Below, piece by piece: positions 47,481 to 57,188 of a stretch of 64,000 nt of DNA (the first letter of the stretch is position 1; each line of letters begins with the position of its first letter). The stretch comes from an uncultured delta proteobacterium. Its GTDB lineage: Bacteria; Desulfobacterota; Binatia; Bin18. The DNA lies in contig CAVTCR010000081.1 of NCBI GenBank assembly GCA_963733195.1, positions 1 to 64,000 on the forward strand, read 5' to 3'. Under the pieces are notes generated by a model, which searched no databases, had not been told where the DNA came from, and was given only the letters and a program-made list of their open reading frames with translations. The translations under genes were made by a program, and so were the position numbers.

Positions 47481-47547
47481 TACCCCTACTCCTTCCCTTG
47501 CGTAGATTCCTATCCATCACTTTCGTGGTGCAGGGTAGAAGGAGAGT

Positions 47548-47585
47548 GTTACGGAGAGATGACAGTGTCGTTATGTGTTTGTGAC
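47548..47585 (-). promoter_or_regulatory. Pho box array upstream of the porin
   Basis: minus strand GTCAC-6-ATAAC-6-GTCAT-6-GTAAC, 11-bp period. Confidence 0.8.
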
Positions 47586-47721
47586 GCTCGGAAAGCGATA
47601 TATAGGTACGAACAAGTTTTGCCGTACCGTTTCATAACGACCTCTGACAAACGAATTGGTATTAGATAAGCGAGAAGCCTGTCCTTGACGGCGGACTGAG
47701 AAGCCCGTCCCACCAAAGATC

Positions 47722-48123
47722 TTATAGTGGATTTGCCCAGCTCACGTCCTGGGGCTTTTCCAGCAACGAACGCACTAATAAGCAGAGTTCAGTGACAGAG
47801 AAGGGTTTTCCCAAACAATGCTCGACACCATTGTGACGAAGTTCGGTTTGGAGCTGCGGGGAGCGTAGCGCACTCAACACAATAACCGGTAGTGTGGCAA
47901 TCTGTCTCCTGGGGTGCTTGCGGATAAAGTCTAAGACCTCCCACCCGCTGTGCAACGGGAGCAAGAGGTCCAACGTAATGAGGTGTGGTGCGGAATCTTC
48001 AATCAGGGAGAGTGCTTCACGACCGTCAAAAGCTGGAGCTGTCAGATACCCAGCCTCAGTCAGGTTATAGGTAATAAGTTGAGAAATGTGGAGTTCGTCT
48101 TCCACGACTAGAATGCGTTTCAC
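47722..48123 (-). CDS. stand-alone receiver-domain (CheY-like) protein
   Basis: KRILVVEDE, LITLDLLLP..SG.EVL, PVIVLSA, KPFS. Confidence 0.88.
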   Translation of the reverse strand: MKRILVVEDELHISQLITYNLTEAGYLTAPAFDGREALSLIEDSAPHLITLDLLLPLHSGWEVLDFIRKHPRRQIATLPVIVLSALRSPQLQTELRHNGVEHCLGKPFSVTELCLLVRSLLEKPQDVSWANPL

Positions 48124-48186
48124 GCTATATGATCCCTCCATATGGCAGAGGATCGCATCTATGTTTTGCAGGAGAATGGCAGCAAT

Positions 48187-48202
48187 GTGAAAATTGTGTG
48201 AC
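48187..48202 (-). promoter_or_regulatory. Pho box upstream of the receiver protein
   Basis: minus strand GTCAC-ACAATT-TTCAC. Confidence 0.6.
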
Positions 48203-48285
48203 AGTGAGCGCCCGTGGGCTTCACTCACACTATCTCTCGTGGTGAGGGAACGATTTCCGCCTATCAGCGGAAATTTCCTTTCACG

Positions 48286-48591
48286 TCAATTACGACAGAA
48301 TATGAAGGAAGTCTTCCGTTGAGAGTTGACCTTGCGGAGCCGAGTGCGAGGAGTGGGACGCAAGAGCTTTTCGAGAGACTGGTTGCCTTCGATGACCACG
48401 ACCCAACGTTGTCTTTCTCCTCGTATCGTCACCTGCCAACCTTGCTGGCGAAGTTCTTCGGCCTTAAGACACATCCGTAAGTAGAACCGTACGTTTTCGC
48501 GAGCGTGAGGACCTCCCTGTTTCACAAAGTCGCGTAAACGCTCAAGGATACTTCGTGTGTCCTCTTTTTGTGAAGGCTCGTTTGTTATCAT
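48286..48591 (-). CDS. small hypothetical protein
   Basis: 101-aa ORF with upstream GAGGAG and Pho array; no family recognised. Confidence 0.55.
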   Translation of the reverse strand: MITNEPSQKEDTRSILERLRDFVKQGGPHARENVRFYLRMCLKAEELRQQGWQVTIRGERQRWVVVIEGNQSLEKLLRPTPRTRLRKVNSQRKTSFIFCRN

Positions 48592-48674
48592 CTTATTATG
48601 GCTCTCCTCATGCTGACATGCTGAAAGGGATACTCATCTGTTTTTACAGAACTGGTTGAATATTGTGCAGTCGT

Positions 48675-48712
48675 GTGACGGCACTGTGGCAGCATGATGA
48701 AGGTTTAATGAC
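48675..48712 (-). promoter_or_regulatory. Pho box array upstream of the small hypothetical gene
   Basis: minus strand GTCAT-6-TTCAT-6-GCCAC-6-GTCAC, 11-bp period. Confidence 0.75.
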
Positions 48713-48771
48713 ATTCTTGCTTCGCGGAGTTTATTATAGGCAGGGGCACGGCATGCCGTGCCCCTACTAAT

Positions 48772-50007
48772 TTAAGAAACCCGTTGCGCTCGGCGGCGCG
48801 GGGCGAAATGTCGTATCGTGCCGTTCGCGATGCGTGCCGCATGGGACATCGCGGGCCGTGCGGGCGCTTGCAAGTGGTCGATGGCAGGTACGAAGCCTTT
48901 GACTATCTGGTGAGGGATTGGGCTACCAATACCGCGCTCGATCGTGCGAACGAGTGCAACTTCATCGGCGGAGACAAGCGAGACGGCATCCCCTGTCGCC
49001 GTTGCCCGTGCCGTGCGACCAATACGGTGCACGTATTCTTCAGGAGTCTTCGGCACGTCAAAATTCACAACATGAGAGATCCCGTCGACATCCAGACCTC
49101 GCGCCGCGATATCCGTTGCTACCAGCACCTCGACACTTCCATTGCGAAAGCCGCTTAAAGCCTGTGTACGTGCCCCCTGGCTTTTGCCTCCGTGCAACAC
49201 TGCTACGCGACGGCCTTTTTGCGCTAAATGCCTTGTTAGACGATCTGCACGGACCTTGGTGCGCGTGAACACAAGTACCTGCTGCATATGTCCGTTCTCT
49301 AACAGGTGGCAGAGCAGGTTCCGCTTCTGTTCAGCCTCTACAGAGTAGAGGACTTGTCGCACTGTCGCGACTGGCGTTGCCCTGCGACCGACATCAATGA
49401 TGACCGGAGCCTGCAGGGTCTCGTGCGCAAGACGCTCAATCTCAGCAGGCATAGTTGCCGAGAACATGAGAGTTTGCCGCGCGGCTGGCATGGTGCGGAG
49501 GAGCCGGCGCACATCGGGAAGGAAGCCGAGATCGAGCATGTGGTGTGCTTCATCCAGGACGAGAACCGCAAGATCATCGAAATGCACGTTCCCACGCTCC
49601 AGATGGTCTAAGAGCCGTCCTGGCGTAGCGATGAGGAGATCTACTCCAGAGCGCAACCGTTCGGTTTGCGGCCCTAGACGAACCCCACCAAAGACCGTCG
49701 CTGTGCGGATGCGCAGATATTTACCATAAGTACGAGCGCTCTCGCCAATCTGAGCAGCTAACTCTCGTGTCGGTGTTAAGACGAGGGCGCGAGGGTGTCC
49801 CGCTTTCCTTTGTGCCAAGTGTTGTAGGATAGGCAGAAGGAACCCTGCTGTTTTGCCTGTGCCGGTTTGGGCGCATGCAAGGACATCGTCACCTCGGAGG
49901 ATCGCAGGAATGGCTTGGGCCTGGACTGGTGTGGGGGTGTGGTACCCTGCGTCACGCACGGCGCGTAACAATTCGGGCAAAAGATCTAATTCAGAAAACG
50001 TGGTCAA
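48772..50007 (-). CDS. rhlE: DEAD-box RNA helicase (RhlE-like)
   Basis: Q motif PTPVQ, AQTGTGKT, PTRELA, TPGRLLD, DEAH, SAT, ARGLD, HRIGRTAR. Confidence 0.92.
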   Translation of the reverse strand: MTTFSELDLLPELLRAVRDAGYHTPTPVQAQAIPAILRGDDVLACAQTGTGKTAGFLLPILQHLAQRKAGHPRALVLTPTRELAAQIGESARTYGKYLRIRTATVFGGVRLGPQTERLRSGVDLLIATPGRLLDHLERGNVHFDDLAVLVLDEAHHMLDLGFLPDVRRLLRTMPAARQTLMFSATMPAEIERLAHETLQAPVIIDVGRRATPVATVRQVLYSVEAEQKRNLLCHLLENGHMQQVLVFTRTKVRADRLTRHLAQKGRRVAVLHGGKSQGARTQALSGFRNGSVEVLVATDIAARGLDVDGISHVVNFDVPKTPEEYVHRIGRTARATATGDAVSLVSADEVALVRTIERGIGSPIPHQIVKGFVPAIDHLQAPARPAMSHAARIANGTIRHFAPRRRAQRVS

Positions 50008-50277
50008 ACTTCTTTCTCCTTGTCTATGTTGCCTAATGACACAGACGGGTAAACCTGCAGGTGGGATACCTACACGTGGGTTATCAAAAGAACCTGGGAA
50101 ACGTGGGACTCGGATCTAGGCAACCAGAGGGCCCGCTCCTGAGCGGAGCATCTTGCAGAAGGGAAAAAGAAGCTTGCTCGCGGTTCGTTATGTAATCAGC
50201 AGGACTCAACATAGCTCACTTTTGCTGCGGATGCTAGCCTTGCAGGTGTATATATTTTGCGGGAAGCCGGCAGAAGT

Positions 50278-50293
50278 GTGAAAGTTGTGTGAC
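50278..50293 (-). promoter_or_regulatory. Pho box ~270 bp upstream of rhlE
   Basis: minus strand GTCAC-ACAACT-TTCAC, one mismatch from the box at 48187-48202. Confidence 0.55.
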
Positions 50294-50307
50294 CGCTACC
50301 TCTCATG

Positions 50308-50496
50308 TCATGCTGCAGTTGAACATTCTTCGCTAGAAGAATCTCCGTGATTGGCAAGGAATTCAGTCATTCCCTTCTGTCCCATATATCGAGAGAGGAC
50401 CTTTTCCCAGAGGAGATCAGAAGATTCTGCAGGGACGACTGGAACCAAAGTGTTGCCGCTTACCGATTCGTTAGCTCCTGCGAAGAGTTGATACAT
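50308..50496 (-). CDS. small hypothetical protein
   Basis: 62-aa ORF with GGAGG RBS upstream. Confidence 0.4.
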   Translation of the reverse strand: MYQLFAGANESVSGNTLVPVVPAESSDLLWEKVLSRYMGQKGMTEFLANHGDSSSEECSTAA

Positions 50497-50619
50497 GATG
50501 TATGCCCTCCACTTTCTTAAGCCAAAGATAGAGAGCGTGAGTTACAAACTTAGTAACAACGAGTTTATTTATCGGTGAAATGAGCAATAGCACCGCCACG
50601 ATAGGAGTCCCTGTAGATC

Positions 50620-50884
50620 ATCACACAAAGTTAACTTTTCTGTTACCGCCTGTTCACGATGGCGAGAGACCTTCTGTTCTGAATGGACTTTCATCTGGAG
50701 GCTTCACTAAAAGTTTATTTCGTCGTCACCCTTATGTGGTGGAAGCAAAAGAGCCGCGCAGTATCCCCCAGAATGTCTGGCATTCAGTACATTCTGAGAA
50801 GATGACGTTACGCGGGTGTCATTCTGAAATGATGTGAGGATATACGTTCACACGATTTTAACGAAAACAACACGAAGCGGTCAC
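50620..50884 (+). promoter_or_regulatory. two Pho box arrays upstream of the Na/Pi cotransporter
   Basis: ATCAC/TTAAC/GTTAC/TTCAC at 50620, 50631, 50642, 50653 and TTCAC/TTAAC/AACAC/GTCAC at 50847, 50858, 50869, 50880. Confidence 0.7.
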
Positions 50885-51018
50885 CGAACACACTCATTGT
50901 CGCCCCTCTCCTAGTGATAGCTGCGACAGACTGACAAGGCCGCTCTCCATAAAGAAAGAAAATTTACCACACAGCAAAGCAAGGAGGATGGTCATGCGAT
51001 ATCTCAGAGGGGGTTGCC

Positions 51019-52734
51019 GTGCAGATTGACATATTTAAAGAAATTCTCGTGCCAGTCATTGGCGGCCTGGGGATCTTCATGCTCGGCCTCGAGTTCATGT
51101 CCGACGGCATCAATAACCTCGCGGCCAACCGCATGCGGATGTTGCTGGCCAAGATTGCTGGCACGCCGATCAAAGGGCTGTTCGCCGGCACGCTGATCAC
51201 GGGGGTGCTGCAATCGAGCACCGCGATGACGGTCATGGTGGTCGGGCTGGTCAATGCGGGCGTGATCGGGCTGCGCCCCGCGATCAGCATCATCATGGGC
51301 GCGAACATCGGCACCACGCTGGGCAACGGCCTGATTGCGCTGCCGCTGGGGCCGTTGGGGCTGATCGTCGCGGGCATCTTCGCGCTGGTGTACGTGTTCG
51401 CCAAGGTCGAAAAGACCAAGAATATCGCGCTCTCCATCATGGGCTTTGCGCTGATCTTTTACGGCCTGAACCTGTTGACCGGCGGCCTGAAACCGTTACG
51501 GGCGATGCCCGAGGTGATGGCCTCGATTTCGTCGCTCAATGCCAATAGCTTCATGGGCCTGCTCTACTGCGTGTTCACCGCGGCCGGCATTACGGCGATG
51601 ATCCACTCCTCGTCGGCCACCATCGGGATTGTGATGGGCCTGGGCGCGGCTGGCGTGCTCGGCTGGCAGACCGCGGTGGCCTTTTCGCTGGGCGCCGACC
51701 TGGGCACCACCGTCACCTCGTGGATGGCGTCGCTGAATCTGTCCAAAAATGCCAAGCGCGCCGCCTATGCGCACATCTCGTTCAACGTCATCGGCGTGGC
51801 GCTGATGCTGCCGCTGTTCTTCCTGTCGATGGAGTTGTTGCAGTGGGTCATGGGCTTCTTTGGCGGTGACCCTGGCAAGGCCGTGCTTGATGCGAACGGC
51901 AAGGAGACCTTCCCGCTGGTGCCGGTGGCCGTGGGCCTCTATTCCACCGCGTTCAACATCTTCAATACCGCGGTGCTGTTTCCGTTCATCGGCGTGTTTG
52001 AACGGGTGCTGTCGCGCATCGGTCACAACGTCGCCGATGACGAAGAAGACTATTCGATGCCGCTCCATCTGGCCCCAGGCTTGGCCAGCCAGCTGCAGAC
52101 GGCGGTGCCGGCCGTGCAGCAGGAAATGGCGCGCTTTCTCGGGGCCTCGCGGCTGATGCTGGCTGCGGCCAGGGGCGGCGATACGAAGTTCAAGAGCGTG
52201 CACGATCACCAGAAGGCGCTGGATTCGCTCAATCGCGAGATGCGCAGTTTCACGGCCACCACCTTTCAGACCGAGCTGACGCCCCAGCAGACCGAATTGG
52301 TGGCCAGCCTGATCGAGGAAGAAGACTTCAGCGCCAGCCTGGGTGAAACGCTGTACCAGATCGCCCGGCGGGTCGAGCGCCAGCCCTTCACCCCTGAGGG
52401 GCTAGAGATCATGAAGGCGATCCTGGCCGTGGTGGACCGCGGCCTTGCCGCCCATCTGGGCTACGCCGTCACGCCGATAGGACCCAGGGCGCCGGTGGAC
52501 ATTGAGCCCATGAAAGCCCTCGGGGAGCTGCGCCAGCGCTGTCTGTGGGCCAACGAGTTGCCCGGCGAAGATCGCGGTGCCTTGCTCGCGCTACTGGGTA
52601 GCGCCGAGCGCGCCTTGTACCTGGCCGAGCGCATCGAGGCCGAACGGCGCTCGGTGTCACGCGAGCTGCCGCAGGTGGAGCCCGTGCTCGATCACGGCAT
52701 GGTCTCGGGCAGCTTGTTACCAAAGCAGGCGTGA
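51019..52734 (+). CDS. Na+/phosphate cotransporter (NptA/YjbB family)
   Basis: GGLGIFMLG..MS.G, LQSSTA, MGANIGTT, IHSSSAT, LGADLGTT; helical PhoU-like tail. Confidence 0.93.
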   Translation: MQIDIFKEILVPVIGGLGIFMLGLEFMSDGINNLAANRMRMLLAKIAGTPIKGLFAGTLITGVLQSSTAMTVMVVGLVNAGVIGLRPAISIIMGANIGTTLGNGLIALPLGPLGLIVAGIFALVYVFAKVEKTKNIALSIMGFALIFYGLNLLTGGLKPLRAMPEVMASISSLNANSFMGLLYCVFTAAGITAMIHSSSATIGIVMGLGAAGVLGWQTAVAFSLGADLGTTVTSWMASLNLSKNAKRAAYAHISFNVIGVALMLPLFFLSMELLQWVMGFFGGDPGKAVLDANGKETFPLVPVAVGLYSTAFNIFNTAVLFPFIGVFERVLSRIGHNVADDEEDYSMPLHLAPGLASQLQTAVPAVQQEMARFLGASRLMLAAARGGDTKFKSVHDHQKALDSLNREMRSFTATTFQTELTPQQTELVASLIEEEDFSASLGETLYQIARRVERQPFTPEGLEIMKAILAVVDRGLAAHLGYAVTPIGPRAPVDIEPMKALGELRQRCLWANELPGEDRGALLALLGSAERALYLAERIEAERRSVSRELPQVEPVLDHGMVSGSLLPKQA

Positions 52735-52735
52735 T

Positions 52736-53837
52736 ATGAACCGCACTCACATTGCTCCGCGGCTTTTCGTGGTGCTCATCGCGCTGGCTGGGGCGCTCAC
52801 CGTGGCGGCTCCGATAGGGCTGCAGGCCCAGACTGTCGATGAGTTCGGCTCGCCTCGGCTCGACGGGCGCTGGCTCCACCTTCGCTCACCCCTTGATGTC
52901 GGCGTGGGCGCGCGACTATCGCGTCTTTCGCAACAGCGGCGGCGTGGAGGTGGTGGCCGCTGGCAGTGGACTTGCTGACGAGATCGGCGGTGCCGCGCTC
53001 GACTACGAGGCCATTGGCTCACAGGCTGGTATCCAGCGTGTCAAGGCGCGCGCGGTCGACTTCGCCGTCTCCGAGATGCCACTACCGGCGGCCGACCTGC
53101 GCAGCAACGGCCTGTTGCAGGTGCCGCTGGTGGCCGGTGCGGTAGCGGTGGCGGTAAACATTGAGGGCCAAGCCGCGGCCGGGCTACGGCTGAGCCCGGG
53201 CCTGCTGGCCGACATCTTTCTCGGCCGCGTCAAGACCTGGGCAGACCCCACCATCGCCCAGCTCAACCCCGAGCTCAGGCTCCCCGCGGCACCGATCGCC
53301 GTGGTGCACCGTACTGATGGCTCGGGCACCACCTACACCTTCACCGCCTTCCTGGCGCAATCCAGCGCCGACTGGAAAAGCCAGATTGGCAGCGACCTGC
53401 TCGTCAACTGGCCAGTGGGCGAAGGCTCCAGGGGCAACTCCGGTGTGGCACGTGCGCTCCAACGCACCCCCAATTCGATCGGGTATCTGGACCTGGTGCA
53501 GGCGCTCGCCGCCAAGCTCCAGGTCGCCAGTGTGCAGAACGCCAGTGGGCGCTTTGTCACGCCGAGCGGGGCTTCAGTACAGGCTGCGGTGGCCTCTGCG
53601 AGCTGGGACCCGGCCACGCAGTTCAATACGTCGCTCGTGAACATGGCCGGCGAAGGCAGCTATCCCATCGGGGCTGTGGTATTCGGCCTGGCGAGCGACG
53701 GCTCCGCCCAACGCGCACAGACGGCGCGTGCCTTCCTCGAGTGGTCGGTCACGAGCGGTCGCGCCACAGCCGAGCAACTCGGCTACGTGGCCCTGCCGCC
53801 GTCGGTAGTGGAAAAGGTACAGGCTGTTCTGCGTTAG
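52736..53837 (+). CDS. pstS: second phosphate-binding protein (E. coli-type PstS), frameshifted near 52855
   Basis: GAGSTF..PL..AW, Y.AIGS.AGI, VDFAVSE, HRTDGSGTT..FT, GSRGNSGV, YPI. Confidence 0.92.
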
Positions 53838-53935
53838 TGCACTTTGCTACGTTAGGGGCTAATCTCGGGGACACTGGTATTTAAATGGACAAATTCTAGC
53901 TCGTCCATTTATTTCCCATCGCAAGAGGATGCGCC

Positions 53936-54688
53936 ATGGAGTGGATCGTTGACTCGCAAGCCTTGATTGGCCTGGTAACGTTGACCTTTCTGGAAATCGT
54001 GCTTGGCATCGACAATATCATCTTTATTTCGATTCTCGCTGGCAAATTGCCGAAGGAGCGGCAGGACCGGGCCAGGCAGATGGGCCTGGCCCTGGCGATG
54101 ATTATGCGTATTCTGCTGCTGCTGTCGTTGAGCTGGATCGCCCGCTTAACCGAGCCCCTGTTTACGGTATTTCACGTTGCCATTTCGGGGCGCGCGTTGA
54201 TTTTGCTGGGCGGCGGCCTGTTTTTATTGGCCAAGAGCACGTATGAGATTCATGAAAAACTGGAAGGCGAGACCGCCCACGCCTCAGCTACAGGCAAAGC
54301 CTCATTTAGCAGTGTCATCACGCAAATCATCCTGCTCGATATCGTGTTTTCGCTCGATTCGGTCATCACTGCGGTTGGGATGGCCAACCAACTGTGGGTC
54401 ATGGTGACGGCCGTGATCATCTCCGTCGTGATTATGTTGTGGGCGTCTGGCCCCATCAGTGCCTTTGTCAACCGCCATCCGACCGTCAAGATGCTGGCTT
54501 TGAGCTTTCTCTTACTGATTGGCTTTTCGCTGATGGCAGAGGGGTTAGAACTGCATATTCCGAAAGGCTACATCTACTTCGCGATGGCGTTCACCGTTTT
54601 CGTAGAGATGCTGAATCTGCGGCTGCGCGCGAAGGCCGAGCCCGTGCACCTGCGCGAGCCATACGCAGCTGTGTCAAACAAAGAGTGA
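53936..54688 (+). CDS. TerC family membrane protein
   Basis: LEIVLGIDNIIFI, LDIVFSLDSVITAVG, HPTVKMLAL, IPKGYIYFAM. Confidence 0.95.
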   Translation: MEWIVDSQALIGLVTLTFLEIVLGIDNIIFISILAGKLPKERQDRARQMGLALAMIMRILLLLSLSWIARLTEPLFTVFHVAISGRALILLGGGLFLLAKSTYEIHEKLEGETAHASATGKASFSSVITQIILLDIVFSLDSVITAVGMANQLWVMVTAVIISVVIMLWASGPISAFVNRHPTVKMLALSFLLLIGFSLMAEGLELHIPKGYIYFAMAFTVFVEMLNLRLRAKAEPVHLREPYAAVSNKE

Positions 54689-54730
54689 GCAAACAAAAAC
54701 GTAAAAGGCTGTCTGAGAAGCAAGAGGTCA

Positions 54731-54785
54731 AGTCATTGCGAGCGGAGCGAAGCAATCTTTGCCCGAAACAGAGACTGCTTCGTCG
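54731..54785. repeat. REP-like element (GTCATTGCGAGCGGAGCGAAGCAATC type)
   Basis: agtcattgcgagcggagcgaagcaatct...gagactgcttcgtcg. Confidence 0.65.
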
Positions 54786-54842
54786 TTGAAGCCTGTCCTA
54801 AGCGGAGAGAAAAAGATAGACACCGCTCGGCCCTCCGCACAT

Positions 54843-57188
54843 TTAAGGAAATAATTGTTGGAAACGGCCAAGATGAGGAACCAGGTCTCGCCGGACCAGT
54901 CTTCGACGCCGTCGTTGTCGGTAACAACAAAGGTGCGGCCACTACTGGTAATCGCAACGCCTTCTGGCTTGTCGGTGATCCAGCCTTTAGTCGCCTTGAG
55001 ATCGGGCAACATGTTATACACAGACTTCTCGCTGCTGTTGATCAGATTGTCGGCGCCGCATTGGGTTTGACCTTGACCAGCGTCTTCAGGGCAGCGAAAT
55101 CACCAGAAAGGTTATCGCGTTCAAGAACGACATACGAACCATCTGGCGCGCGGGTGATCTCGGACAGGCCGACCCAGGCAGCATTGGCTGGCAGCGGTGC
55201 CAGTTCCCAGGCGATCTACTCCCAAGTATCAGCTATCTGGATCGTAGATCCAGATGCGGGTGCGGTTCGGTTCGTTACGTGAGTTGAAATCGCCAGCATC
55301 GTCGTCAAGATCTTCGCATTTTTTGCTGGCGTGGTATAGTCCCAGCCACGTTGCTGGGCAACGAGTAACTTGTAGCTACTGCCGTTACCAGGCAGCACTG
55401 CCACGCCTTCGAAGCCTGAGCCTAGTGTCCCTCTGCGGGTAGAAGCCGCTCGGCATGCGATAATCTCTGCTGGGAAGGCCCACTTCCTCAATGACGTTTC
55501 CGGAGAAATCGACTTGCAACAACAGATTCGGCCGCGAATCGCTGGCATTGCCTTCGCTGGCAATCCACAAGGTGCGGTCCGGTGCAATCGCAATGCCTTC
55601 CGGATCATAGTCCCCGGTACCGCCACGAATGGTCAGCGACTCGGTGATCACTGCCGGTTTTTCTGAAACATCGATGCGGAAAATATTGCTTTGGCTATAA
55701 TACGAGTCCCATACCGCCAGTAGGGTGGCAGGCTGGCCCGGAACGGCGACCATGCCAGACAGTGCCGACCACGGGATCGGCGAGCCATTGACATCATCCG
55801 AGACGATCTGCGGTAGGTCGGCTGACCAGGTTTAGCTGATAGATCATGATGGTAGAACGCACACCGAAGCTCGGATCATCTTCCTCGCCAGAGGCGATCA
55901 GGAGATTGCGCGAGGGAATAGCAAGCACTCCTTCCGGGCCTAGCGGTCCAGGCAACAATTGCTTGAACTTCGGACGGGCACCGTTAACCTCGTACACCGC
56001 AATGAAGCTACCACGCTCGGAGCCGACAAAGAGATAATCGTCGTTGCCGAAACTACCAAATTCAATCGCTTCCGGTTCAGTGCCTTTATTTAGACCGGAC
56101 TTCCGGGTAGTGGCCGTACTGCACGGCGATTTGTTCTAACGATGCCCCGCTATCGAACACTACGTTACCATTACGGTCGAACAGTGAGAACCCGCGCCTT
56201 CCGCCAAACAGGTCCCTTCGTTCGCCTTAGCGATAAAATATCGCGCCGTGGCGGCCATTGCGAAACAAGACAACAGCGTCCGGTTCGCGCGCTACGTTGG
56301 TTAACGTTTCGGTAGGGAAATGATCCGTCCTCGGTCTTGTCGATACCGTTTAGTGTGACTGAGCCGGCGGTGAAATGTTTTATCACACCCCCGTGACAAG
56401 ATTGACGATGACAATGTGACTGTTCTCCTGTAGCGTCACCACAGCTTCATTATCCTCGTTAATGTCGACGGACTCCGGTTCCGGATCACGCCCTCCATAG
56501 CTGGCAAGACGGTGAAGCATCAACATCTCGGATCGCGGCGCTCCCAGGTCGTTGCATTCGTGCCACCAACGATATCGACGATAGCAAGATAACCAGGAGG
56601 CAGTTGCGGCAGCTTCACTTCACACCATTGACTTCGACGTCTTCATCGCATTCATTCTCAATGGCGATGGCAACGTACTTCCGTCCCGGCTGATCTTGAC
56701 GGAGACGGCTAACCGCCGAGATCGATGCTATGCACGATCGCCGCGGAATAGTAGTGATATGGACCACAGCAGCTTGCCGCTCGGATTAATGAAGCGGTGC
56801 TGGTATTAACGGCGACCAGCGCGTATTATTGCCAAGCACGTCAACCGAGGTCGGTTCGCCACCCATCGCAAGGACCCCAGTCGGCGCGGAGTAGATTGAT
56901 CGGTAATGTCGACAAAACCGATTTGCTTGCTGGGCTGTCGGTATAGATCGGCGTGTTGCCGTCACGCGTGGCAGCAATGATTTCTGATATGTCGTCTTGC
57001 CGTTTGGTAGCGCCATATTCACGTAGTTGCCAATGTCGACACCCGTTGAAAATCTCGCCTTGTTATCATGATTGCGGAAATCATTAATGACTTCCGATCA
57101 TCCCCAAGCCCAAAGGCGAACTGGGCGTGGCGGCAGCGCCCGCAATAAACAGAGTTGTCAAGTAAATTCCGGTGTTTTTCTTCTGCAT
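54843..57188 (-). CDS. secreted alkaline-phosphatase/phytase-like esterase (beta-propeller), many indels
   Basis: fragments GGEPTSVDV, KGTEPEAIEFG, FVGSERGSF, GPEGVLAIPSRNL, YDPEGIA, GFEGVAV, DKPEGVA, VTDNDGVED.SGET. Confidence 0.8.

Noticed and set aside
53936-54688. Tellurite resistance operon
   Set aside because: Only a lone TerC-family gene; no other ter genes
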